A stretch of DNA of 64,000 nucleotides from an uncultured Candidatus Rokubacteria bacterium (GCA_963826115.1 CAWGVS010000004.1:1-64000), one strand, 5' to 3'. Counted from the stretch's first letter, positions 51,539-60,950 are shown. The notes: generated by a model not told the origin, from the sequence alone. A program made the numbers and translations.

Positions 51539-52699
51539 GTGCCGCGCCCGTTCGCGGTCCTCTGGCTCGCGACGCTCCTCTTCTATCTCGGCTTCCAGCT
51601 CCTCCTGCCCGTCGTCCCGCTCTACGCGGCCGAACTCGGCGCCGGCGAGGCGCACGTGGGCTTCATCGTCGGCGCCTTCGCGCTGGCCGCGATGGTCCCG
51701 CGCCCCCTCGCGGGCGACCTCGCCGACCGCATCGGCCGTCGCCCGCTCGTCCTCCTGGGGACCGCGATCTTCGCGCTGGCCCCGCTCGGCTACGCGGTCG
51801 TCGCCACGATCCCCGGACTGTTCCTCCTGCGGCTGTTCCACGGGACCGGCATGGGGTTCGGCCCCACGGCCGCCACCGTGATCGCCACGGACCTCACCCC
51901 GCCCGCGCGCCGAGGCCACGCCATGGGCGTGTACGGCCTCGCCTCCGCGGCCGCGCTGGCCGCCGGGCCCTTCGTCGGCGGGGAGCTCGCGCATCGCTGG
52001 GGCCTCCGCCCGACGTTCCTGCTCGCGACCGCGATCGAGGCCGCGGCGTTCGCGCTCGCCTGGACGCTCCCCGAGACGCGGCCCGCGCGCGATCCGGCAC
52101 TCGCGCCCGGCCCCCCGGCCGCCGCCGGCGCGCTCGCCCGGTTCTGGCGCCGCTGGTTCAGCACCGCGGCGGTCTACCCGTCCGCCCTCGTCCTCACCCT
52201 CTACGTCTCGTACGGCGGGCTGACCGCGCTCCTGCCGCTCTTCGCCGAGCGGCGCCGGCTGGGGAATCCGGGCCTGTTCTTCACGGTGTTCGCGCTGGTG
52301 AGCCTCGCGGCCCGGCCAGCCGCGGGGCGTCTGTCCGACCGCCACGGGCGGCGAGCCGTGATCGCGCCCGCGCTCGCCGTCACGGGGCTGAGCATGATCC
52401 TGCTCGGGCTCGCCACCTCGCCCTGGCTGTTCCTCGCGGCGGCCGTCCTCTACGGCGTCGGCTTCGGCGCCGGCCAGCCCGCGCTCCTCGCGATGACGGC
52501 GGACCGCGTCCCGGCCGGCGAGCGAGGCCGCGCGATGGGAACGCTCTACACCGCGTGGGAGCTCGGCATCTCGGGCGGGGCGGTCGCGCTGGGGTTCTGC
52601 GCCGCGCGGCTCGGTTACACGGCGACGTGGTGGACGGCCGCGGCGATCGCGGGGCTGGGCGCGCTCTTCGTCCTCGTCCCGGCGGGCCGGCGCGGTTGA
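51539..52699 (+). CDS. MFS transporter
   Basis: GDLADRIGRR and GRLSDRHGRR motifs, about 12 TM segments. Confidence 0.9.
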   Translation: MPRPFAVLWLATLLFYLGFQLLLPVVPLYAAELGAGEAHVGFIVGAFALAAMVPRPLAGDLADRIGRRPLVLLGTAIFALAPLGYAVVATIPGLFLLRLFHGTGMGFGPTAATVIATDLTPPARRGHAMGVYGLASAAALAAGPFVGGELAHRWGLRPTFLLATAIEAAAFALAWTLPETRPARDPALAPGPPAAAGALARFWRRWFSTAAVYPSALVLTLYVSYGGLTALLPLFAERRRLGNPGLFFTVFALVSLAARPAAGRLSDRHGRRAVIAPALAVTGLSMILLGLATSPWLFLAAAVLYGVGFGAGQPALLAMTADRVPAGERGRAMGTLYTAWELGISGGAVALGFCAARLGYTATWWTAAAIAGLGALFVLVPAGRRG

Positions 52700-52739
52700 G
52701 CGGGCCGCGCGGAAGGGGACGACGCGCGCGCCGCGCGCG

Positions 52740-53690
52740 TCAGCGCGGGGCGCCGCCGCCGCTCGCCGGCCGGAGGATCCGGGGGGCGGGGGCGAGGTCG
52801 GCGGCGCCGCCCGGCACCAGCTGGAAGCCGAGCCGCGTCCACGTCTCCGTCGGCGTGCCGCGTCGGTCGGTGCGGCGGCGCTCGTGCGAGACGGGCCGGC
52901 GCGCGGTCCGTCGCCGCTCGCTGCGCCGCCGGTCCCAGATGACGGCCAGCCCCGGGCCCGCCGCGCCGCGCTCGACGGCGCGGTAGAGGTCGCCGCGGCC
53001 GCGCTGGACGACGACCACGGCGCGGCCGGCCTCGCCCGGGGCCTTGTCAGGTCCCGCCTCCGCCTGGGATGACACGGCGCCAGGCGCGAGCCGCCGCCGG
53101 AGGTCCTGGACGTAGCCGACGTGGAGCACCGTGGCCGCCTCGGTCAGCGCGCGGGTGATCTCGCGGACCCCGTCCTTCGTGTCGGCCGCGACCATCCGCA
53201 GGAGACCGACCTCGTGGTCGAGCGCGACGACCCGGCGGCGCAGCGCCTTCAGCTCCCGCCACAGCAGCACGCCGAGGGCCGCGATGGCGCCGAGGGCCGC
53301 GAGCGCCAGGACGGCGACTGTGCCCGCCAGCACGCGGTCGAGCCATCCCCCGGCCGCGAAGCCGTCGGGCGTGAGGCTCAGGACCGTGAGGAGGCCATGC
53401 GAGTCGTCGCCGGCGCCGAGCGTGAAGCGGACCCGATCCCCCGGATGCGCGGCCTCGATCAGGGCCGCGTTCTGGACCGGGAACTCCGACTGGGAGGCGG
53501 GCAACAGACCTGCGATGCCCCGGTGCTGGATGGTCACGGTGCCGCGCACCGGGTCGACCGCGGTGATGCGCCCCTGGCCGTCGAAGCTCGCCGCGGCCCC
53601 GGCCGGTCCGGCCGCCGAGAGCGCGAGGGCCACGCCCACCGCCAGCCGGCGGGCCCCGGCGCCGCGCCGTCGTGTGCTTCCCGTGGCCAT
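52740..53690 (-). CDS. Membrane protein: CusF-like domain, TM helix, coiled coil, Arg-rich C-terminal domain
   Basis: GRITAVD..TVTIQH..EFPV..PGDRVRF; hydrophobic helix; VIWDRRRSERR..ERRRTDRR; GGAGGG RBS. Confidence 0.7.
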   Translation of the reverse strand: MATGSTRRRGAGARRLAVGVALALSAAGPAGAAASFDGQGRITAVDPVRGTVTIQHRGIAGLLPASQSEFPVQNAALIEAAHPGDRVRFTLGAGDDSHGLLTVLSLTPDGFAAGGWLDRVLAGTVAVLALAALGAIAALGVLLWRELKALRRRVVALDHEVGLLRMVAADTKDGVREITRALTEAATVLHVGYVQDLRRRLAPGAVSSQAEAGPDKAPGEAGRAVVVVQRGRGDLYRAVERGAAGPGLAVIWDRRRSERRRTARRPVSHERRRTDRRGTPTETWTRLGFQLVPGGAADLAPAPRILRPASGGGAPR

Positions 53691-54157
53691 CCGTGCCCTC
53701 CAATCGACAGCGAGTAGGCAGACGGTAGGCGGTGTGCCCGGGCGCGTCAAGGGGTTTCGAACTCGACAGCTGAACGAAGGGTAGCGAACGCGACGAGGAG
53801 ACGCAGAGTATGGGCGGCCAACCCGTCACGCCAGCCGTTTGCTGGCGTATCACGGCCGGCTTGCCCCGCGCACCCGCAGGCGATCGGCGATCGCCGCGCC
53901 CGCACTAAGACGGTGACCGGGTGCCCGGCTCCTCCACCGCGTGTCCGCGATCGAGATCCTCGTCCGGCCCGCGCCGGTCGTGGGCGCGGTGACCGAGCCT
54001 CATGCGGTGCGGCGACTCCTCGCGGCGCCGGGCTGGCGTCCGAGCTGCCGCCGGGACCGCCAGCCTGGGCGGTTCGCTGATTTCGTGGCCACCGACGGTT
54101 GCCACCACAGCTTCGGCCTGTACGCCTTGGTGGCCGAGCGGGGGACGCGTCCTCCTG

Positions 54158-55168
54158 CTAGTCGTGACTCCTTTGATAACGACGGGCACGGTACTCATCG
54201 ACCCAGCGACGGGTGCTCCGCCACTGGCCCCGTGCATCGCGTTGAGCACGGAGGCGCCCCCGATCGGCCGCAGTGCGAAGCGCGCGGGCGCTCAGCTTGG
54301 CCTCGGCGAGGGCAGCCAAGGGCACCAGTCGGGCCGGGCCAGCCACAGAGGGCACGATAAACCGCACGAGCGTGTCGATGATGGCCCGGGCGAGGAGCTC
54401 GCCGAGCGGAGCCGGATCTCCGCCATCGGCCCGACGGAGGTTCTGCAAGTACCGCGTTCGGTCGGCCTTGCGGATGATGGCCGGCGGGTATCCGAGTCGG
54501 ATGAGGAGGAGGTTTGTCACGAGGCGTCCGGCTCGACCGTTTCCGTCTAGGAATGGGTGCACGCGCTCGAACTCTGCGTGAACGTCGGCGAGTGCCTCCG
54601 GGAACGGACCCTCGACCCGTGTCAGCTTGCAGGCGCGCTCCACCCAGGTCGACATGCGGGCCGGAACGTCCGGCCAATCCGGTGGCTGCATGCCACCCGG
54701 GAATGGTTTGATCCCGTGGCGTCGAAACGCACCGGGCCTCTCGGGCTCGGTCGCGTCAGGGTGCGGGGCCACTTCCCACACCTTTGACATGGCCAGAGTG
54801 TGGACGTGGCGCACCTCGGTCAGCGTGATCAGCTCGCCCGTGGTCCAGTCGCCAGGAGTCAGCCCCTGCCGATAGACCCACTGGGCGGCGTCCGCGTATC
54901 CCCGAACCTCGAGGTACTCCGTGAGCAGCTTGGCACCGACCGCTCGGCCCGCACCCAGAAGGGCCTCGACCTCCTTGAGCACGAGGGTGTTGCCTTCAAT
55001 GGCGGTCGAGTTGTGGGCCTCCTGGTACCAGATGTCACCCCAAATGTCCTCGGCCTCGAGAGGGGTCGGGAGGCCGCCGAGCCGCGCCTTGAGCTCCTCC
55101 ACTCCCTCTGTCAGCTGCCGGTAGATCGCCTTACGACTCGGCCGACCTCGCGGTGATTTGGCAGCCAT
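54158..55168 (-). CDS. Fic-domain protein
   Basis: HPFLDGNGRAGR catalytic motif; N-terminal STAIEGN inhibitory motif; short C-terminal HTH-like tail. Confidence 0.92.
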   Translation of the reverse strand: MAAKSPRGRPSRKAIYRQLTEGVEELKARLGGLPTPLEAEDIWGDIWYQEAHNSTAIEGNTLVLKEVEALLGAGRAVGAKLLTEYLEVRGYADAAQWVYRQGLTPGDWTTGELITLTEVRHVHTLAMSKVWEVAPHPDATEPERPGAFRRHGIKPFPGGMQPPDWPDVPARMSTWVERACKLTRVEGPFPEALADVHAEFERVHPFLDGNGRAGRLVTNLLLIRLGYPPAIIRKADRTRYLQNLRRADGGDPAPLGELLARAIIDTLVRFIVPSVAGPARLVPLAALAEAKLSARALRTAADRGRLRAQRDARGQWRSTRRWVDEYRARRYQRSHD

Positions 55169-55635
55169 ATCAGTAGGATACAAATATGTGAGTCGGATAT
55201 GCGGAATAAATTACGCCGACGCACATTCATCGAGCCAGTCCCGGCCGAATTGGCGTCGTCCCGCCCTGGGAAATTGATGCGACTCAACTCCGAGCCTCGG
55301 TCCCAAGATGGCCGCCGCCTTCCCACCGATCTCGAGCCAGGAGGCGATAGGCGATCCCCAGTTGCTAGATAGCCACCGACCTCCGGCGATTGGCAGGTCG
55401 CGTTAGCTTGCCCGCACGAAGATCTCGTATCGCTCGGCGAGCCACTCGCGATTCGGCTGGAGGCGCTCAAGGGGCTTCGGCCCCCTGCGGGACCGACCCG
55501 GCCGATCTCTCCTCTCCACCTGTTTGGCGCGACCGTCGGCGTCCGCGGCTGGCCGCCGCAAGCTTGCGATCCGGCGGGGGGGTGGGCTATCGTGGGTACC
55601 CCGTTCGCGCCACCCCGGGGCCAGGAGGACGTCCG

Positions 55636-56181
55636 ATGGGCGAGGTCAAGTTCGGCGAGTTGCGCTCGGTCGTGGAGGCGGTCCGGCAGATCGTGCTCGA
55701 CTGGGACGGGTTCGTGTCCAACGTCGAGGCCCTCGCCAAGGAGCACGACGAGTATCGGCACACGGCGGACCGCCTCGCGTGGGAGCTGGGCGAGCTCCGC
55801 GCCGCCCACGAGCGCCTCGGTCACGAGCACGACGAGGCGCGGTCGGACCTTGCCACGCTGCGGGCGAGCCAGGAGAGCCTGACGCGCGAGCACGCGCGGC
55901 TGGCCCAGGATCGCGACGAGGGGCAGCGGGCCCTCACCACGCTGCGGGCGAGCCAGGAGACCCTGGCGCGCGAGCAGGCGCGGCTGGTCCAGGACCGCGA
56001 GGAGGCGCAGCGGACGCTCGCCTCGCTGCGGGCGAGCCACGAGGGGCTGCTCCGTGATCGCGAGCGCCTCGAGCGCGAGCTCACGGACGTCCAGGAGCGG
56101 TACGAGTCGGTGATGCGCGAGCGCCACCGCGCCGGCGAGGAGCTCGAAGCGATCCTCCGCCGGTTCCGCGCGACCGCCTAG
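55636..56181 (+). CDS. Coiled-coil protein with 28-aa repeats
   Basis: AGGAGG RBS then ATG 55636; LxxLRASxE units at 84-bp spacing (55855, 55939, 56023). Confidence 0.8.
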   Translation: MGEVKFGELRSVVEAVRQIVLDWDGFVSNVEALAKEHDEYRHTADRLAWELGELRAAHERLGHEHDEARSDLATLRASQESLTREHARLAQDRDEGQRALTTLRASQETLAREQARLVQDREEAQRTLASLRASHEGLLRDRERLERELTDVQERYESVMRERHRAGEELEAILRRFRATA

Positions 56182-56206
56182 TCCCTCGCCGCGCCGGCCG
56201 CCCGCC

Positions 56207-58711
56207 TCAGCGTGGGTCGCCGGCCCCGTCGCCGAAGACCAGGTCCTCGAGCCACTCGATCCGGATGCGGTCGGGCCCCCGGAGGCTTCCGCCGTAGCTG
56301 TCGCTCACCGCCCGCCGCGTCGTCCACAGGATCACCTGCTTGCCCTGGGCCTGGAGCGTCTTCACGACCTCGTGGAAGTCGCCGTCGCCGGTCGCGATCA
56401 CGTACACGGGGATCTCGGGGTGCTCGCGCAGGACGAAGTGGATCTTCTCGCGGAGCACGTGGTCGGAGGCGTTCGCCTTGTCGCGGCCCGCGATGTCGGT
56501 GGAGAAGCGCGCGTTCCGGACGGCCTTCTGGTCGCCCTCGAAGAAGTCGCGGTCCCAGTCCGCGACCGCCCACCGCTGCCGGGGGAAGCCGTGCCGCCAC
56601 GCGGCGTCGAGGAGCCGCGAGGCGAGCTCGACGCCGGCGAGCCGGGTGCGGCCCCCCGAGGCGTGACCGTCGGGGCGCTCGTCGAGGTGGCGCGCCAGGC
56701 TCACCTTGACGTTCTCCCAGTCGAGCATCAGGGCGAGCGCGGCCCGCCGCGCGGCCGGATCGCCGGCGCGCCCTCGGCCCGGCGGCGCGTCCGGCTCCGC
56801 GGTCGCGCTCACCGACGGCTCCGCGCCGGCGTCCGGCCCGCCGGCCGTCTCGGCCGCCTCGACGAGTGGCGCGCCGAGCCGCTCCGCCCACAGGCGCGCG
56901 TCCGTCTCCGCGAAGCTCGTCTCCGTCCAGCCCTGCCGGAGGACGCGCAGCCCTTCCTCGCGGAATCCGTGCCGGAGCGCCCAGCCCAGGAGGCCGCGCA
57001 GGAGCTGGCCCTTTTTCCGCGGATCGACGTTGCGCCGGTGCTGGGTGACGCGCCAGCTGTGGAGCCGGCAGCGCCAGCTCGCCGCGAGCTCGCCCGCCTC
57101 CTCGTTCAGCGTGGCGGCGCAGTCCCAGTTCTTGAACACGCCCGCCTCGGGCCCGGCGGCCACCCGCTGGCGGAACCACTCCACCCCCGCCGTGACCAGC
57201 GAGGTCTCGATGAACTCGCGCGTCAGGTGGTCCAGCTCCTCGAAGAGGAGCCGCTCTCGGGGATCGGGAAAGACCCGGTCGGGGTCCCGGAGGATGCGGT
57301 TGATGCGGCGGAAGTGGTCGCGGAAGCGCGGCCCCGCCGCGCCGGTGCCCGCGGCCTCGGCGTCGTGGAGCGCGGCGAGGAGGTGCGCCTCGTAGTGGCG
57401 CGCCCGGAGACAGAGCGCCGCGAGCACGGCCTGGCGATCCTGCTCGATCGCCCAGAGGAGACACAGCTCGAAGGCCTCCGCCGGGTGGGCGTCCAGCTCG
57501 AGCACGGGCAGGAGGACGTCGAGGGCCTCGTCGGCGCGCGACGGCAGGCGGCGGAGCGCGCAGGCGAGGTTCCAGCGCGCGGTCCAGCCGCGGTGCTCGT
57601 GGAAGCGGTCGGAGGCGATGGCGGCCTCGAGCAGCTCGATGACGTCGTGGATGTCGGTGCCCTGGCCGAACAGCGTGAGCGCGTAGGCGTACCACTCCTT
57701 CGCGATGGTGTTCGCGCTGCGCCGGTAGTGCAGGTCGGCGAACTCGGCGAGCGCGCGCGGCTCGCGACGGAGCAGGAGCTCGCGCGCCTGGTGGAAGGCC
57801 GGGTCGGCGGCGCCGACGACCCGGAGCTCCGAGACGGGCTCGCGGTACTCCGGTTTGGCGTCCAGCCGGAGCCTGAGGTTCGCCTCGAGCTCGTCCCGCA
57901 CGTCGGCCAGCGCCTGGCCGAGCGCCTCGGCGTCGCCACGCTCCACCGCCTGGCGGATCTCGCCCCAGATGGCGGGAGGCACGAGCGCGGACAAGGGCTC
58001 GGGGCGCCGCGCGGCGCGCTGGGCGCGCTGGACCGCCGCGGGCGCGATCCGCTCGCCGATCTCGGCCCAGTCCCGGCGGATGCGCTCGAGCCGGGTCGGC
58101 ACCTCGAGCTCGAGGACGGCCTCGATGTTCGACCGGACGAGGAGGTCGCGCGCCGCCGGATCGCCATCGGCCGCGAGCCGGGCTCGCTCGAGCTCGAGCA
58201 GGATCATCTCGTCGACGGCCAGCGTCACCTGGGCCGGCACCGTGCCCCACGCCGAGCTGACGAAGGCCGTCAGGGCCTGGCGCACCGCCCGCACGTCGGC
58301 CTCGCCCTGCCGGCACCGGGCGACCTGATCGATCACGAGCGCCCGGATCGCGTTCCCGAGGGTCTGGCGCATGGGCCGGGTCGCGTGCATCAGGGGGTTC
58401 GCCCGCCGGAACAGCTCGTGGGCGGCCTGGAAGAGGCGGAGGGCTTCATCGAGCTCGCCGTCCCGGGCGGCGCGGCGCCCGAGGACGTCGAGGGCAAAGC
58501 CGAGGGTGGTGAGATCGCGGCTTCGCGACCCGTCCCGGACCTCGGCGGTGCCGGGGAGATCGCCTCTCAGGACCTCGACGGCGGCTCGGTTCTTCTCGAG
58601 ATGCTCGGCAGGCAGGTCCTGGAGGTGGACCTCGACCACGGCGACGAGCCCCGGAAGCGCCTCGACGATCTGCTCAGGGGACCAAAGAGACCATGCGACA
58701 ACCTTGTCCAT
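56207..58711 (-). CDS. Helical-repeat (TPR-like) protein with C-terminal NYN/LabA-DUF88 (PIN-like) nuclease domain
   Basis: C-terminal LDWEN, ADW, KANASD, ATGDGDF motifs; about 620-aa A/L/E/R-rich helical N-terminus. Confidence 0.8.
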   Translation of the reverse strand: MDKVVAWSLWSPEQIVEALPGLVAVVEVHLQDLPAEHLEKNRAAVEVLRGDLPGTAEVRDGSRSRDLTTLGFALDVLGRRAARDGELDEALRLFQAAHELFRRANPLMHATRPMRQTLGNAIRALVIDQVARCRQGEADVRAVRQALTAFVSSAWGTVPAQVTLAVDEMILLELERARLAADGDPAARDLLVRSNIEAVLELEVPTRLERIRRDWAEIGERIAPAAVQRAQRAARRPEPLSALVPPAIWGEIRQAVERGDAEALGQALADVRDELEANLRLRLDAKPEYREPVSELRVVGAADPAFHQARELLLRREPRALAEFADLHYRRSANTIAKEWYAYALTLFGQGTDIHDVIELLEAAIASDRFHEHRGWTARWNLACALRRLPSRADEALDVLLPVLELDAHPAEAFELCLLWAIEQDRQAVLAALCLRARHYEAHLLAALHDAEAAGTGAAGPRFRDHFRRINRILRDPDRVFPDPRERLLFEELDHLTREFIETSLVTAGVEWFRQRVAAGPEAGVFKNWDCAATLNEEAGELAASWRCRLHSWRVTQHRRNVDPRKKGQLLRGLLGWALRHGFREEGLRVLRQGWTETSFAETDARLWAERLGAPLVEAAETAGGPDAGAEPSVSATAEPDAPPGRGRAGDPAARRAALALMLDWENVKVSLARHLDERPDGHASGGRTRLAGVELASRLLDAAWRHGFPRQRWAVADWDRDFFEGDQKAVRNARFSTDIAGRDKANASDHVLREKIHFVLREHPEIPVYVIATGDGDFHEVVKTLQAQGKQVILWTTRRAVSDSYGGSLRGPDRIRIEWLEDLVFGDGAGDPR

Positions 58712-58799
58712 ACGGGATCACTCCAGCAAAGGCTCAAGAATTGACGGGGCGACCTCCCGAGGGGAGGCGGAGGGACAACCAGGGCCAGCGGCGCGGCTC

Positions 58800-59231
58800 C
58801 TAGCGGCGCCGGCGCGCCGCGCTCTTCCGACCGACCTCGACCGCGTGGGCCCGCCGGGCCGGAGCCGGCGCAGGCACGTGGCGCGTCGGGACCGATTTCC
58901 GGGCCGACGCCAGCTGGAGCCCCCGGTCCGGAGGCGGCAAGGACCCGATCGAGGGACGGTTGTCCTTCCCGGGCAGGGCCTTGCGGGCCTTGGGGTCGTG
59001 CGTGGTCGGGGTGAGGATGGTGCCGACCGGGTCCAGGAAGTGCCGCAGCGCGAAACCGCACACCTTGCAGCGCTTGTACGAGAACCGCCGATTCTGCTCA
59101 TCCAGGCGGGGACGGCCCAGCGTCTCCATGCGACCAGGACAACACTTGTTGGGCGCCGGAGGGGAGACAATGCGACGAGGATAAAGATTCTGCGCCTTTA
59201 GCTCTCGGCTGTAGACAATGATGTTCTTCAT
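58800..59231 (-). CDS. Small Zn-ribbon-like protein with basic tail
   Basis: MKNIIVYS..KCCPGRM..YKRCKVCGFALR, then low-complexity Arg/Pro tail. Confidence 0.65.
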   Translation of the reverse strand: MKNIIVYSRELKAQNLYPRRIVSPPAPNKCCPGRMETLGRPRLDEQNRRFSYKRCKVCGFALRHFLDPVGTILTPTTHDPKARKALPGKDNRPSIGSLPPPDRGLQLASARKSVPTRHVPAPAPARRAHAVEVGRKSAARRRR

Positions 59232-59314
59232 TTCGACCAACGTCTCGCCCTGTATTTTCGCCACGAATGCGCGCGCTTGCAAGCGGAAATCGGGCGTCCG
59301 GAGGTGGACGGGGG

Positions 59315-60184
59315 TCAGCCGGCCCCCTCGGGGCGGGCGAGCTCCCGGGCGCTCGGGAACCACCGGGCGAGCTCATCGAGCGGGGTGGAGCCCAGGAACG
59401 GCTCCACCAGGCGGCGGGTGTACGCCCGGCTCCCCCCGAACCGGACGTCGGCCGTGGCCAGGACCGCCCCGTCGGGTCCGAGCAGCGCGCCGCGGACCCG
59501 GGAGTAGCGGCCACGGGGATCGTCGTCCGGCTCGCCGGCGGTACGGTCCCCCACCACGAGGAGCGGGGCGAAGGGGACCGCCTCGAACAGCGTGATCCGG
59601 ACGTCCGTGGTCACCCCGCATTCGCGCTGGGCGAGCGCGCCGAGCCACCAGCCGAGCTCGTCGAGGGCGATCAGCGCGAGCGCCGGATGCGCTCCGTCCC
59701 GGGTGCGATAGGCCTCGGGCGGGTGGAGCTCCCGCCAGAGGAAGCGCTCGTTCACCCGGAAGCGGATGCCGAGACCGACCGGGTTGGCGGCGCCGCACGC
59801 GAGACAGGTCGCGGTGCCGGGCACCTCCTCGTGGACGTCGCGCTCGGCGGCCCACCGCCGGTGGAGCGGGCCGAGGTCGGGCGGGACCAGGTCCTCCCGA
59901 TGGAGCGTCGCCTCGGCGAGGGTCCGGTCACCCTGGACCAGCGCGAGCCGCGCCGTCGTCCCGGCGCTGCCGGTCCGGAGCGCGAGCTCCGTGACCGTCG
60001 GGACGCCGCGGAGCAGCTGGAGGTGGATCGCCACCGGCAGGCGGGGGAGCGTGAGCCGGTGGAAGACCGCCGCGACCGCGCCGCCGTGCGCGGTGCCGGG
60101 GAAGCCGTGGAGGTCCGCCGGGATGGTGACGCGGCCGCGCGCCGCGTCGACCGCCGCCTGACGGAGCGCCTCGTCAATGGTCAT
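59315..60184 (-). CDS. Double hotdog-fold thioesterase-like protein
   Basis: GFPGTAHGG, CLACGAANPVGL, ALDELGWW. Confidence 0.7.
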   Translation of the reverse strand: MTIDEALRQAAVDAARGRVTIPADLHGFPGTAHGGAVAAVFHRLTLPRLPVAIHLQLLRGVPTVTELALRTGSAGTTARLALVQGDRTLAEATLHREDLVPPDLGPLHRRWAAERDVHEEVPGTATCLACGAANPVGLGIRFRVNERFLWRELHPPEAYRTRDGAHPALALIALDELGWWLGALAQRECGVTTDVRITLFEAVPFAPLLVVGDRTAGEPDDDPRGRYSRVRGALLGPDGAVLATADVRFGGSRAYTRRLVEPFLGSTPLDELARWFPSARELARPEGAG

Positions 60185-60200
60185 CGCGGAGGCGCGGGCG

Positions 60201-60317
60201 TCAGGGATCCGAGCAGTCGCGCGTGTATCCGCAGTGCGGGCAGACGATCTTGCACTTGATCTCGCGCATGATCGCGCCGCAGACCCAGCAGTGGTGCACG
60301 AGCGTGTCCTGGGCCAT
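60201..60317 (-). CDS. 38-aa Zn-finger microprotein
   Basis: Not in ORF track; MAQDTLVHHCWVCGAIMREIKCKIVCPHCGYTRDCSDP with GC3-biased codons. Confidence 0.75.
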   Translation of the reverse strand: MAQDTLVHHCWVCGAIMREIKCKIVCPHCGYTRDCSDP

Positions 60318-60342
60318 GTCGAGTCGGGTTATAGTAAGCGCG

Positions 60343-60924
60343 ATGTGCCGCCCGCATCAACTTCTCGGACGGCGCGCACCGCTCGTGCTCCTCCTGGCCG
60401 GCCTCCTCGGGACCGGGTGTGCGCGCGTCTCGCTCGACACCGTGCGCGGCGACGTCGCCGCCGGCCAGGGGCACCTCATCGGCACCGTGCCCTTCATCCC
60501 GCAGGAGACCCAGCAGTGCGGGCCGGCCGCCCTCGCGATGGTGCTCCGCTACTGGGGCGCCGTCGCGGATGCCGACGAGATCGGGCGCACGCTGTACCTG
60601 CCGTCCGCCCGCGGCGTCCTCAACATCGAGCTCGAGTTCGAGGCGCGCCGGCGGGGCTTCCGCACCCAGGCGTTCGAGGGCACGCTCGACCGCGCCAAGG
60701 CCGAGCTCCGGCAGGGCCGGCCGATCATCGTCTTCCAGGACCTCGGCCGCGGGCCGGTGTCCGTGCCGCACTTCGCGGTGCTGCTCGGCTACGACGACGA
60801 CGCCGGCGTCGTCGTGCTCCACTCGGGGACCACCGCCTATCAGGTCCTGCCCTACGCCGAGTTCCAGCGGACCTGGGCCGCGCGCCGCGCCTGGTCGCTC
60901 CTGGTCACGCCGGCCGCCCTCTGA
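60343..60924 (+). CDS. C39-like cysteine peptidase lipoprotein
   Basis: GTGC lipobox-like, VPF, QCGPAALAMVL, HFAVLLGYD. Confidence 0.82.
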   Translation: MCRPHQLLGRRAPLVLLLAGLLGTGCARVSLDTVRGDVAAGQGHLIGTVPFIPQETQQCGPAALAMVLRYWGAVADADEIGRTLYLPSARGVLNIELEFEARRRGFRTQAFEGTLDRAKAELRQGRPIIVFQDLGRGPVSVPHFAVLLGYDDDAGVVVLHSGTTAYQVLPYAEFQRTWAARRAWSLLVTPAAL

Positions 60925-60950
60925 CCGGCTCCGCGTCCGCCCCGCCCGCG

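Noticed and set aside
53760-54150. ORFs or structured RNA between the CusF-like and Fic genes
   Set aside because: Only an 8-bp hairpin (ACGCCAGC/GCTGGCGT) and motif-less ORFs; insufficient evidence
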